A stretch of DNA of 64,000 nucleotides, taken from the NCBI GenBank assembly GCA_964576535.1, contig CAZNWB010000004.1:10597-74596 (forward strand), in the 5' to 3' direction. Below the pieces are notes generated by a model that searched no databases, was not told the origin of the DNA, and saw nothing but the letters and a program-made list of their open reading frames with translations. Shown here piece by piece: positions 1 to 8,514 of this stretch. The position numbers and the translations under genes were made by a program. Within the stretch, counting starts at the first letter, position 1. Every line of letters begins with the position of its first letter. The stretch is from an uncultured bacterium (GTDB lineage Bacteria > Methylomirabilota > Methylomirabilia > Methylomirabilales > 2-02-FULL-66-22).

Positions 1-1452
1 GCCCTTCCGAAGATCAGGACCGTCCTTCACCCTGACGATTTTCCCTTTGAACCGCATAAGCTCATTTTTTCTGCCTCTCTCCGGGTCGCTGAACGAGGGG
101 ATCCCGTTGACCTTGCAACGGTCGTAAAGGAACTCGCGAGCGCCGGCCAACTCGAACGCGCGGGCGGCTGGCAAGAGGCGGAGCGGCTGGCCTCCCTTTT
201 CTGCCCTCTCGGCAACCTTATCGGGCACGCGCGAATCGTGAGGGAATTGGCGATTGGCCAGAGGGCCGGGGCCATCGGCCTCACCCTCCATGAGCAGGTA
301 AAACAAAACGGCCACGATGCGGGAGCGCGTATCGCCGAGGCCGTCACCCGCTTGACCATCCTGGGGAAATCCCTGACGCCCGCCAGTCCGTCCGTCGGCC
401 TCTCCCTCGAATCGCCCGTGGCCATTCTGCGAAAATCTCGGAACCAAGGGGAGCCGGTTTCGACAGGGATCGCCCCATTGGACGAGCGCCTCCGTGGCGG
501 TCTTCGGACCGCGAGGATCCTGGTGGTGGGCGCGCCTCCTGGAACGGGGAAGACTTCGCTCATGGTCCAGCTTGGCCGGGAAATGGGGGAGCGCGGTTGT
601 GCCGTGGCGTACCTGCCGCCGGATGAGGGCAATGAACCGCCAAGTGTCAGGCTTGGCCAGCAACTCGGGTATGAACGGGACCTCCTCCAGAGTGGGCACG
701 AGCCGACGCTCAATGCGATGGAGCGGGAGATCGAGGCCCTTCACCTCAAGTTTCCAGAGCCGACCGAGGAGGACGGGACCATTGAGGGCACCGTGGAAGC
801 CCTGGTCCGCGACTTTCCTGACCTCCGAAAAGTTTTCATTCTGGATTCGATCCAAACCGCGCGCACACGCGAGACGGGCGAAGAATACCATTCCCCCCGT
901 GAGCGCGTTGAGCGAAATGCCCGCACGGTTCGGCGGCTGACCAATGATTGCAACCTCATGACCATTTATGTGAGCGAAATGGCCCGCGGCTGGTATCGAG
1001 CACGTAAGGAAGATGAACGCTCCGCGGACCTGGCGGCCTTTGCTGAGACACGCGCCATAGAGTTTACGGCCGATGTCCTCTTGACGCTCCGGGCGAGCGA
1101 GGAGGACCCCGATCTGGTGACGGTGCGGCTCCCAAAGAACCGATTGGGGGGCCGGGCGCCATTCCTGATGCGGCTGGACCGGAAGCGGGCCATGTTCACG
1201 GTGGTGGACGGAGATCCAACTCAGGGGATGAGGGATACAGCCCGAGTCGCGCTTGTCGAGCACCAACGGGGAGAAATTATGCGGGCACTCCAGCAGCAGC
1301 CACGGCTGACGACCTCGCAACTCTCCCAAGCGGTTGGTGGACAACGGCAGGCCTTCCTAGAGGCGCTCCGGCAATTGAAGGAGGGCGGGTTGGTGACGTG
1401 GAAGCCAGAAGGGCGGACTGTGGTGTATCATTTGTGTGAGGTGCCAGGGTGA
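1..1452 (+). CDS. DnaB-like replicative helicase / RecA-fold ATPase with C-terminal winged-helix domain (5' end outside window)
   Basis: Frame 1 is open from nt 1 and in frame with ORF 238..1452. The N-terminal part reads like a DnaB N-domain (HPDDF..H..IF..GDPVDLATV..L..AGG..IVRELAIGQR). Walker A GAPPGTGKTS, Walker B-like VFILDSIQ, and a C-terminal wHTH-like segment (TTSQLSQAVG..LKEGGLV). Confidence 0.75.
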   Translation, partial: ALPKIRTVLHPDDFPFEPHKLIFSASLRVAERGDPVDLATVVKELASAGQLERAGGWQEAERLASLFCPLGNLIGHARIVRELAIGQRAGAIGLTLHEQVKQNGHDAGARIAEAVTRLTILGKSLTPASPSVGLSLESPVAILRKSRNQGEPVSTGIAPLDERLRGGLRTARILVVGAPPGTGKTSLMVQLGREMGERGCAVAYLPPDEGNEPPSVRLGQQLGYERDLLQSGHEPTLNAMEREIEALHLKFPEPTEEDGTIEGTVEALVRDFPDLRKVFILDSIQTARTRETGEEYHSPRERVERNARTVRRLTNDCNLMTIYVSEMARGWYRARKEDERSADLAAFAETRAIEFTADVLLTLRASEEDPDLVTVRLPKNRLGGRAPFLMRLDRKRAMFTVVDGDPTQGMRDTARVALVEHQRGEIMRALQQQPRLTTSQLSQAVGGQRQAFLEALRQLKEGGLVTWKPEGRTVVYHLCEVPG

Positions 1453-1453
1453 A

Positions 1454-1547
1454 GAGGTTCCGAGGTTCCGACGAGGTTCCGACGAGGTTCCCGGAACCAG
1501 GTTCCGAGGTTCCCGCACTATATAGGAGTGCGGAACCTGGGAACCAC
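1454..1547. repeat. Array of nine GGTTCC/GGAACC hexamers around an AT-rich centre (candidate ori/operator, or a member of the period-8 hairpin family)
   Basis: GAGGTTCC GAGGTTCC GACGAGGTTCC GACGAGGTTCC CGGAACCA GGTTCCGA GGTTCCCG CACTATAT AGGAGTGC GGAACCTG GGAACCAC. Lies between the helicase stop and the next gene. Confidence 0.6.
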
Positions 1548-1603
1548 GTCAGCAACCCTGTCTTTCCCTGCCGGGGAACCCTCCAGCCGACCTGGAGGCA
1601 CCT

Positions 1604-1951
1604 GTGAGTCAAGACCAACCCCTCTTGCATGCCCGCCGGCCACCCGGGAGACCTCGCAAAGTTGGGCACAGTCCGGGCACAGCGGCAGGGCAAGAGGCCA
1701 TAAACACGGGCAAAGTAGGCAGCACACTGGCTTGGCAAGCCATAGCGCCAGTTTCTCCGAGGCTCCTAGACCTCAAGGGGGCGGCGGCCTACCTGGGGGT
1801 GAGCCCGTGGACGGTGCGGGACCTGGAGACGGCTGGCTCGCTCCGGCGCGTCAGGATCCCGCTGGAAAACGGGAAAGAGTTGCGAAAGCTGGCCTTCGAC
1901 CGTCAGGACCTGGACCGACTGATCGAGGCGTGGAAGGACCCTCATGGGTAA
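1604..1951 (+). CDS. AlpA/excisionase-like helix-turn-helix DNA-binding protein
   Basis: GTG start 8 nt after GGAGG. Motif LLDLKGAAAYLGVSPWTVRDLETAGSLRRVRIP is typical of MerR/AlpA-type phage HTH proteins. Its stop overlaps the next start (ATGGGTAA). Confidence 0.6.
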   Translation: MSQDQPLLHARRPPGRPRKVGHSPGTAAGQEAINTGKVGSTLAWQAIAPVSPRLLDLKGAAAYLGVSPWTVRDLETAGSLRRVRIPLENGKELRKLAFDRQDLDRLIEAWKDPHG

Positions 1952-2318
1952 GCACGCATTGAAAGAGCGCATGCCGAGGGTTCTACCAGACCACCGAAGC
2001 GCAGAGGCCGCGCGGCTTAGGACTGTTTATTGCGAAGTGATGGAGAAACTTCCGAACGCTCCAGCGCCTGCCCGTCGGATTGGGCTTATGTGCGCAGAAG
2101 CCTGGCGGGACTATGAGGACCTAGGGGTCCAGATCGCCAGTGCGAAGAAGAACAGGCGAAGTGCCCTGGACATTCGCCGCCTCAAGAAAGAGCGCCGCCT
2201 GGCCGCTGGTCATTACCTGGGCGGCCTGCGAGCGCTCGGGGCGCTCACCAGTAACAACGGCGACGGGAAGGGCCTGGACCTCGCGGCGGAGTTGGCCAAG
2301 CAGGGGCTCGACACATGA
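1944..2318 (+). CDS. Hypothetical protein, possible small terminase subunit (by position only)
   Basis: 124 aa, helical and basic, translationally coupled (ATGA) to the large terminase gene immediately downstream. No motif recognised. Confidence 0.3.
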   Translation: MGKHALKERMPRVLPDHRSAEAARLRTVYCEVMEKLPNAPAPARRIGLMCAEAWRDYEDLGVQIASAKKNRRSALDIRRLKKERRLAAGHYLGGLRALGALTSNNGDGKGLDLAAELAKQGLDT

Positions 2319-3814
2319 CCATCACCGAGTTCCTCGATCGTCTCCGCTGGATTGACGGGACGCCGCTCCGCGATTGCCTTGAACCCTATCGCCGCCGGAT
2401 CTTCGAGCAGGCGTTCGAGGAGGATGGTCCGGGCTTCCGTTACAACCTGATCCTGTGCGGGCGGGCAAAGAAGAACTGGAAGTCCGCCGATCTCATCCTG
2501 GCCCTGCTCTGGGCGCTCCTCAAACCGGGGCCTGGGCGCAAGGAATGCTTCCTCGTTGCCTTCGACGAGGACCAGGCGGCCAATGACCTCACGCTCCTCA
2601 AGCTCCTCATTCGAGCGAATTCCGCTCTGGGCAAAGTCCTCTCTATGCGCCAGAACATCGTGAGCCGGAGAGACGGGCGGGGCTTCGCCGAAGTCCTCCC
2701 GGGCCAGTCCCACTTGGGCGAGCACGGGCGCACGTTCCGCTTCCTCGGCATTGACGAGATCCACACGCAGAAGACCTGGGACCTCCTCGAAGCCTTGCAG
2801 CCCGACCCGACGCGCCTGGACACGCAGACCTGGATCACGTCCTATGCCTCAATTTATCACCGACCGGGAATTCCCCTGTTCGATTTGCGCGCCGCTGGCC
2901 GCGCTGGCACCGATCCACGCATGTTCTTCTCCTGGTACGCCGCCGACTACACGACCGACCCCGCCTTCGCCGAGGCCGACCCGGAGACGCGGGCCAACCC
3001 CTCACGCGATTCCTGGGCGGACCAGGGCTACCTGGAGCAGCAGCAGCGCCGCCTCCCCGCGCACAAGTACCGCCGCCTGCATCTGAATCTCCCCGGCCTC
3101 CCCGAGGGCTCCGCGTTCCAACCCGAGCCCGTGATGAACGCCATGGACCGAAGTTCTCACGAGCGACCGCCCGAGCCCGGCATCGAATACCGCGCCTTTG
3201 TGGATATGTCCGGCGGTTCCTCGGACGATGCCGTCCTGGCCATCGGCTACCAGGATCCCGACGGCCGCGCGATCGTGGCCCGTGTGCTGAATCAGGGCCC
3301 GCCGCCGCCCTTCGACCCGCGCAAGGCGGTTGACCGCTTTGCCACCGTCCTCAAGGAGTACGGCATCGCCTGGGTGACGGGTGACAATTACGCCGGGCAG
3401 ACCTTCAAGTCCGACTTCGAGGAGCGGGGCATCGCCTACGAGGTGGCGGGCCGGAGCAAATCGAAGTTGTACGAAGCCCTGGAGCCGCACCTCAACGGCT
3501 TCCGCGTCCTCCTCCCGAACATCGCCGAAATTGAGCAGCAACTCCTCGGCCTCGTCTGGCGCGGGGGCAAGATTGACCATCCCGGGGGTGAGCACGATGA
3601 CTACGCCAACGCCGTCGCCGGCCTCGTCCATGTCCTCCTCGGCTCGCAAGCGCAGGAACTTTACATCTCGGGCCTCGGTGACTCGCTTCCCGGGCGCAGT
3701 GTCGATGAAATCCAGGCCGCTGCTGACGAGTCCTTTCGCATCAAGTCGGAGGTGGGCCGCGAGCGAATCGAAGCCGGGTGCCGCAAAATGGGCGCGTGGT
3801 TTCCAGGAGATTGA
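2315..3814 (+). CDS. Phage terminase large subunit
   Basis: 499 aa. N-terminal ATPase-like region (LILCGRAKKNWKS; Walker B-like FLGIDEIH) and C-terminal RNaseH-like nuclease region (FVDMSGGSSDD ... HPGGEHDDYANAVAG). Confidence 0.8.
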   Translation: MTITEFLDRLRWIDGTPLRDCLEPYRRRIFEQAFEEDGPGFRYNLILCGRAKKNWKSADLILALLWALLKPGPGRKECFLVAFDEDQAANDLTLLKLLIRANSALGKVLSMRQNIVSRRDGRGFAEVLPGQSHLGEHGRTFRFLGIDEIHTQKTWDLLEALQPDPTRLDTQTWITSYASIYHRPGIPLFDLRAAGRAGTDPRMFFSWYAADYTTDPAFAEADPETRANPSRDSWADQGYLEQQQRRLPAHKYRRLHLNLPGLPEGSAFQPEPVMNAMDRSSHERPPEPGIEYRAFVDMSGGSSDDAVLAIGYQDPDGRAIVARVLNQGPPPPFDPRKAVDRFATVLKEYGIAWVTGDNYAGQTFKSDFEERGIAYEVAGRSKSKLYEALEPHLNGFRVLLPNIAEIEQQLLGLVWRGGKIDHPGGEHDDYANAVAGLVHVLLGSQAQELYISGLGDSLPGRSVDEIQAAADESFRIKSEVGRERIEAGCRKMGAWFPGD

Positions 3815-3818
3815 AGTC

Positions 3819-4130
3819 ATGGACCACACCGGAATTCTGCCCGCGCTCGGTTGGCTTCCCACCGACCATGCGACGGCCTGCGTTCTCCAGCTCGGGCGGC
3901 TGGATGCACTGATCGCTGATCTTCAGGCACTCCCGCCCGGCGATCCGCAGGCGGCCGCGAAACTTCACCAGGCGTTTTGCGACGCATCGGCCCTTTACCA
4001 CGAATCAGCCGGACACGCAGCCGGCGGGAGACCGGACCTTTGGTATCTCTCCATGGTGGGGACGCTGAACACGCTTGCGATGCGGCACCAGCTCGAACAA
4101 TCGCCGATGCCGTGGGAGCCGTCAGGATGA
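3819..4130 (+). CDS. Hypothetical phage protein
   Basis: ATG at 3819 inside listed ORF 3381..4130, just after the terminase stop. Coupled (ATGA) to a 28-aa basic ORF at 4127..4213. Confidence 0.4.
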   Translation: MDHTGILPALGWLPTDHATACVLQLGRLDALIADLQALPPGDPQAAAKLHQAFCDASALYHESAGHAAGGRPDLWYLSMVGTLNTLAMRHQLEQSPMPWEPSG

Positions 4131-4214
4131 AGAAGCCGAAGAAACCCGCACCACCGAAACCAATTCACCGCCCGCAGCGGTTCACGGATGCAATTGTCAC
4201 GAAGGGGAAATGAA

Positions 4215-5195
4215 ATGAGCCAGGTGATGTCGAACGTCAAGCAGTGGGTCGGAACGATCACCGCGACGAGCGCGATGGGCGACGAATGCGAAATGACGGT
4301 CAGCACCGGCAATCTTGATCGGCAAAATGATCGCGTGATCCCGGGGGGGGCGGACCTGTCGGGCTTCATGCGGAACCCGACGCTCCTGTGGGCCCATGAC
4401 TATTCTCAAATTCCCATCGGCTCAGTAACGGCACTGGATGTCGGGCCGTCGGGCATCCGGGCTCGCTGGCGCTGGAACGAACAGGACGAACTCGGCGCCA
4501 GAGTGAAGCGGGCGTGGGATGGCGGATTTATCCGAGGAGCGAGCATCGGCTTTCAACCTCTGGAATTCGAGCGGAATCCGGAGGGGGGGCTAGATTATAC
4601 GCGCTGGAGTCTCCTGGAAATTTCCCTGGCCCCGGTTCCGGCCAATGCTGAAGCGGTCCGCGCTTTCAAGCATCTCAAGCTGTGGCCGGAGAAAACCGGG
4701 CTGGGCGTCGATTGGGCGGGCTATCAGAAATGGTTCGAGAGTTCGCCCGCCCCGGGAGGCACGCGACAGAATGAGAGGAGGACACCGGTGGATCAAGAGT
4801 TTGAGAAGATGGACCAAAGGCACGCCGTCATCCAGATGGCCAGCGATGCTTGGGACCGCGTTGATCCTCGGCATGCGGGCGCGGGCACCGTGGTTGCAAG
4901 GCCGGACCTCGCTTCGCTCGACGCGGGATTTATTCCCAAAGAGTGTCGCGGCGGCGCCGGGCTGAATCCGGCTCAACGGGCGGTGTTCGACGCGCAACTC
5001 GTGTTTGCCAGAACGGGCGGCGCGGCCCGAGCCCACAGAGGAAATCTGACCGGAGGGGGCGGGATCGACATCGACCCCGGGACGGTGACCGAGGTGGTGC
5101 GGGGCATCGTCGCGAAACTCATGCAGGGCCTCGGGCCGAAGATCGACCAACAGGTTCGCGCAGCCCTGGCCCGCGCACGCGGCCGGATCGACTGA
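4215..5195 (+). CDS. HK97-family prohead serine protease with ~150-aa C-terminal extension
   Basis: NDRVIPGGADLSGFMRNPTLLWAHDYSQIPIGSV...GFIRGASIGFQPLE...LLEISLAPVPANAEA matches the prohead protease (S78/U35-type) pattern. Start chosen at ATG 4215. Confidence 0.75.
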   Translation: MSQVMSNVKQWVGTITATSAMGDECEMTVSTGNLDRQNDRVIPGGADLSGFMRNPTLLWAHDYSQIPIGSVTALDVGPSGIRARWRWNEQDELGARVKRAWDGGFIRGASIGFQPLEFERNPEGGLDYTRWSLLEISLAPVPANAEAVRAFKHLKLWPEKTGLGVDWAGYQKWFESSPAPGGTRQNERRTPVDQEFEKMDQRHAVIQMASDAWDRVDPRHAGAGTVVARPDLASLDAGFIPKECRGGAGLNPAQRAVFDAQLVFARTGGAARAHRGNLTGGGGIDIDPGTVTEVVRGIVAKLMQGLGPKIDQQVRAALARARGRID

Positions 5196-5225
5196 CCCAA
5201 CAACTGGACCAGGAGGAGGTACATC

Positions 5226-5708
5226 ATGGGACTATTCACGGGCACTGTGAGTGACACTCAGGACGTGATGGTGGACGAGATCGAGACCGTCGCCCAGGCG
5301 AAGGCCATCGTACTGCAAGCCCGGGAGCGGCTGGCCGCGGCGAAGATTGGGGCCGCAAGGTTCCGGCCCGGGACGATGACAATAGCCGCCGCCACGGCCG
5401 CAGAGGAACTGGAAGCCGCATCCGAGGCGCTTCCCGTTGCCGAGCAGAACCTCGAGACGATCCGCAATCGAGAGCGGCATCGGATTCGGCGGGAGCGATC
5501 GCCCGGCGAGCGGGAACTTCGCCGAAGTCTGCTGGCCGCACTCGAAGGGGCCCGAGCCCGGCTCGCCGTATTGCAGGCATATAAGGACGAGACCGACCGC
5601 CTCACTGACGGGCGCCCGAATTTCGAGGTCGATCCGAGCCGCGATTGGCCGGAAATTCTGAGTCTGGACGATTGGCGCGAGGCGAATGAGCGTGAAGGGT
5701 TACTTTGA
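5226..5708 (+). CDS. Hypothetical coiled-coil phage protein
   Basis: 160-aa Ala/Glu/Arg-rich helical ORF following the protease. No motif recognised. Confidence 0.4.
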   Translation: MGLFTGTVSDTQDVMVDEIETVAQAKAIVLQARERLAAAKIGAARFRPGTMTIAAATAAEELEAASEALPVAEQNLETIRNRERHRIRRERSPGERELRRSLLAALEGARARLAVLQAYKDETDRLTDGRPNFEVDPSRDWPEILSLDDWREANEREGLL

Positions 5709-5947
5709 GCGCGGGGAGTCAACGGGCCGCCGGGGCTGGCGCCCGAAATGACCTGTCCTGGATCCCCGCGGGCTGCCTCGCCGTAATGACTGACGCGAGG
5801 CGGCTACTCCGTTCGGGATAGGACAGCCCCAAGGGCCTGGGGCGGGAAGGTGCGGGCCGACTCGCCCCGGGTTCTCTTCCTCACGAGGGGAATATCGCGA
5901 GGCGGAGTTGGCCCCCGGTGTCCCCGGTGCGGACTGCGGGAGGAAAC

Positions 5948-6106
5948 GTGAAGCAGCCCGAGCTGGCCTTTCGAGGCTTCGAGTTCTGTGACGGCTGCGG
6001 GGCCAAGCTGGAGCCGGAGTCGCGCCTGTCGGGCCTTTGCCCGGCCTGTCAGGAGAAGGCCATGGAGCACGCCAGGCCGAAGGCTAGACAGGGGGCGCCA
6101 GTGTAG
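5948..6106 (+). CDS. Small zinc-ribbon protein
   Basis: GTG 5 nt after GGGAGG. CDGCG...x14...CPAC pattern. A hairpin terminator follows. Confidence 0.35.
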   Translation: MKQPELAFRGFEFCDGCGAKLEPESRLSGLCPACQEKAMEHARPKARQGAPV

Positions 6107-6138
6107 GCTATCGTTCAGGCTCAGACAGCCGTAGGAAT

Positions 6139-6169
6139 GCCCTCCGGTTCGCGCCCAGGAGGGCGTTTT
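6139..6169 (+). terminator. Rho-independent terminator
   Basis: GCCCTCC-12 nt loop-GGAGGGC followed by GTTTT. Confidence 0.5.
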
Positions 6170-6210
6170 GCGGCCTAGCAGGCGTTAAAACGGAAAAGAG
6201 CTATCTAAGC

Positions 6211-6405
6211 ATGGCCTCCGCTCTCTGCGAGCATTGTCAGGCCGAATTGCCCGAGAGCACGCAGCGGCGCCGGTTCTGTAACGCCAAGTGCCGGGCGGCG
6301 GCGTGGCAAGCTCAGCGGCGGCGGGAACTGTCCCTGGCCTTGGAGGAGCTGGGGCGGGCGGCGAAGCGACTGGAGCGGATCTCCCGGCGGGAGGTGAGCA
6401 GGTGA
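6211..6405 (+). CDS. Small CxxC / FCxxxCRAA zinc-finger-like protein (copy 1 of 3)
   Basis: 64 aa: CEHC...FCNAKCRAAAWQAQRRRELSLALEELGRAAKRLERISRRE. Paralogous sequence recurs at 7569-7778 and 7775-7969. Confidence 0.5.
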   Translation: MASALCEHCQAELPESTQRRRFCNAKCRAAAWQAQRRRELSLALEELGRAAKRLERISRREVSR

Positions 6406-6447
6406 GTCTGACAGCAACCGGCGCATTGGAATGAAGGAGGGATTGCC

Positions 6448-7140
6448 ATGCAATCCTCAAGAATGTCCAAGATACGGGAAGGGGCCGCTCAGGCGCTCTC
6501 TTACGTAGGTGTGATTCTCGCACTTTCCGTCTTTGCGCTTGGAGTTCTCGGAGGTGGCCTCTATTTCGTCGTGATTCTCCTCACTGAGGGGCGGGATGGT
6601 CTTCTAATTCCCGCAACCCAGAGATGGCCGTTGGCCAGCCTTCTTTGGTGGGCAATGGTACTCGCCTTCATTCTCGGGACGGTGTTGGTGTGGCTCGGCG
6701 GCCGCATGAGCGCGGATCCGCGAAACAGATTCGAATTCCCACTCAGGGCTAGCGGGCGCACAATTTTGGACCTCGCACGCGTCGGCGGCTGGCCCCTGGC
6801 CTGCTTTGTCTTCGTGCTCTGGTTCATTGTGCGCCTTGATTTCGGACAGGCATTGCTCGGTGGAATCTTCTTCCTGGGTGGCATCGTTTTGTTGATTAGC
6901 CGTCTGCAATTCGGCGACCTGTCAGATCGCAAGTCTGGCCTTTATGTGAAGAACAGAGATCTAATAAACCTTCAGCAATGGTTTTGCGGCGAATGCGATA
7001 AGTGCTTCCTGCCGACCCACTGGCTCATAGCCGCAAGCTCCGATCGGTCTCCTGACTACACTGCCCAATGTCCGGAGTGCAGAGGCGGGAATACTCGTCG
7101 CGCTTCCATGCAACAGGAGGAGGAGTGTGAACGAGCGTAA
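6448..7140 (+). CDS. Four-TM membrane protein with C-terminal zinc ribbon
   Basis: 230 aa with four hydrophobic segments, then CGECDKC...x25...CPEC. Noticeably lower GC than its neighbours. Confidence 0.55.
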   Translation: MQSSRMSKIREGAAQALSYVGVILALSVFALGVLGGGLYFVVILLTEGRDGLLIPATQRWPLASLLWWAMVLAFILGTVLVWLGGRMSADPRNRFEFPLRASGRTILDLARVGGWPLACFVFVLWFIVRLDFGQALLGGIFFLGGIVLLISRLQFGDLSDRKSGLYVKNRDLINLQQWFCGECDKCFLPTHWLIAASSDRSPDYTAQCPECRGGNTRRASMQQEEECERA

Positions 7141-7423
7141 GCGAAATGCAAGATATGCGGATCTCCCCCATTCACTTTGGCGTGTCATCGCTTTAGCCAA
7201 GAATCCCTCGACTGAATCCCGGTATAGATTGCCTCATGTGCCGAGCGGCCCTGAGATTGCGGAGACGGTCGGAGGCTAACGCGGAGCGGGATCAGAGGAT
7301 TCGGGGGCTAGCAGTGCGACTGGCCCGGGACGTCGGGCTGACGCGGGACGATCTCGTCTGCCCCGGATCGGGCGGCTGGCATCAAGATTCGGGCAGAATG
7401 CCAGGCGGGGACGGGACGGGGTA

Positions 7424-7615
7424 ATGGAGAGAGTAGCGGAATGGATCTGCGAACCGTGCAAGAAGATTGTTCACAGAGTCGAGATCCTCGAGGACTGCGA
7501 GGAGGTTCTTTGGAGGCTACGCGACATGCACTGTGGCCTGTGTGGCGAACTGGCTTCCCTCACGGTGAGGAGGAAGGAGGAGGTCTCGGAGGAAGAGACT
7601 CAGGCACAGGGGTGA
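7424..7615 (+). CDS. Small zinc-ribbon protein
   Basis: 63 aa with CEPC...x21...CGLCGE. Confidence 0.4.
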   Translation: MERVAEWICEPCKKIVHRVEILEDCEEVLWRLRDMHCGLCGELASLTVRRKEEVSEEETQAQG

Positions 7616-7778
7616 GCGGAGCCGGAAGATTTCGCTTGAGCCCTCGGCCTGCTCGGACAGGTGCCGGGCAGCAACGCGGGAGGCTCAGCAAAGGCGGGAG
7701 CTGTCCCCGGCTCTGGAGCAGTTGGGGCGGGCCACCAGGCGTCTGGAGCGGATCTCACGGCGGGAGTCAGGGGCGTGA
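7569..7778 (+). pseudogene. Degenerate copy 2 of the FCxxxCRAA small-protein gene (no canonical start)
   Basis: This frame reads ...ACSDRCRAATREAQQRRELSPALEQLGRATRRLERISRRESGA*. It aligns at DNA level with 6285-6405, and no ATG/GTG/TTG lies upstream of the Cys motif after the in-frame stop at 7566. Confidence 0.35.
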
Positions 7779-7969
7779 CTGGTCGGCAGAGCTCGGCCTG
7801 TTCCTCCCGGTGCCGGGCCGCCAAGAGCCGGCGGGAGCGTATCCGGAAGCAAGCCGAGCGGGACCGGCGGTTGTGGGCGCTGGCCGATGCGATCTTGCGG
7901 GAGTTGGGGGAGGGGAAAGGGGGACACCATGAAGGCGCTCGTGCTGATCGGGATGCTCTTGGTTCCTAG
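7775..7969 (+). CDS. Small CxxxCRAA protein (copy 3)
   Basis: The GTG start overlaps the copy-2 stop (GTGA). Reads VTGRQSSACSSRCRAAKSRRERIRKQAERDRR... Confidence 0.4.
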   Translation: MTGRQSSACSSRCRAAKSRRERIRKQAERDRRLWALADAILRELGEGKGGHHEGARADRDALGS

Positions 7970-8234
7970 CCTGGCTTGGGCAGAGGGATGGGTCTTGGTT
8001 TCTCCTCCGTTTGAGATACGGGGAAACGAGGTCATTCACCTCGCCGTTCCACTAAGCCAGTGGGAGTATGTGGGGGCCTTTGATACGGCCAGAGAATGCG
8101 AGGACGTGCGTCTAACACTAGCGCAGAAAGCAGAGAAGGACAAAACCTTGACGGCCCAGGCTAGCAAAATCGGCCAATGTATGCCCTACGCCCTTTGGTG
8201 GCAGTCGAAGCAGCCATCCCCTTGCAGCAAATGA
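7929..8234 (+). CDS. Small secreted protein
   Basis: ATG at 7929 gives MKALVLIGMLLVPSLAWAEG (signal peptide). 101 aa. Confidence 0.5.
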   Translation: MKALVLIGMLLVPSLAWAEGWVLVSPPFEIRGNEVIHLAVPLSQWEYVGAFDTARECEDVRLTLAQKAEKDKTLTAQASKIGQCMPYALWWQSKQPSPCSK

Positions 8235-8257
8235 TTCCCCGGCCATAAAGATTTCGC

Positions 8258-8286
8258 TTGACAACCTGTAACCGATGAGTTACCGT
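8258..8286 (+). promoter_or_regulatory. Candidate sigma70-type promoter with overlapping palindrome for the XRE gene (near-leaderless)
   Basis: TTGACA-17 nt-TACCGT, then ATG 2 nt later. The palindrome GTAAC-N6-GTTAC overlaps the spacer and -10. Confidence 0.35.
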
Positions 8287-8288
8287 CC

Positions 8289-8489
8289 ATGACAACCAAG
8301 AGATTCACCATGCGACTCAAGCGATTGCGGGCACAACGGAAGCTGAGTCAAGCGGGCCTGGCCGAACAGTCGGGGCTCTCCCGGGAATACATCGCCCGCT
8401 TGGAGTTGGGCCAGCAAGATCCGACGCTCGGCACCCTGGAGAAGCTGGCGAAGGCCCTCAAGGTGAAGGTGGGGAGGTTGCTGGAGTAG
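8289..8489 (+). CDS. XRE-family HTH transcriptional regulator
   Basis: LKRLRAQRKLSQAGLAEQSGLSREYIARLELGQQDPTLGTLEKLAKAL is a canonical Cro/C1-type HTH. Confidence 0.85.
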   Translation: MTTKRFTMRLKRLRAQRKLSQAGLAEQSGLSREYIARLELGQQDPTLGTLEKLAKALKVKVGRLLE

Positions 8490-8514
8490 TCAATTATCGA
8501 GAGGAGTAGCGATC

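Noticed and set aside
27-713. 228-aa ORF on the minus strand at the window start.
   Set aside because: It is antisense to a frame with clear DnaB-N and Walker-A homology that is open from nt 1. Its translation is Arg/Ser/Pro/Trp-rich, typical of off-frame ORFs in GC-rich DNA.
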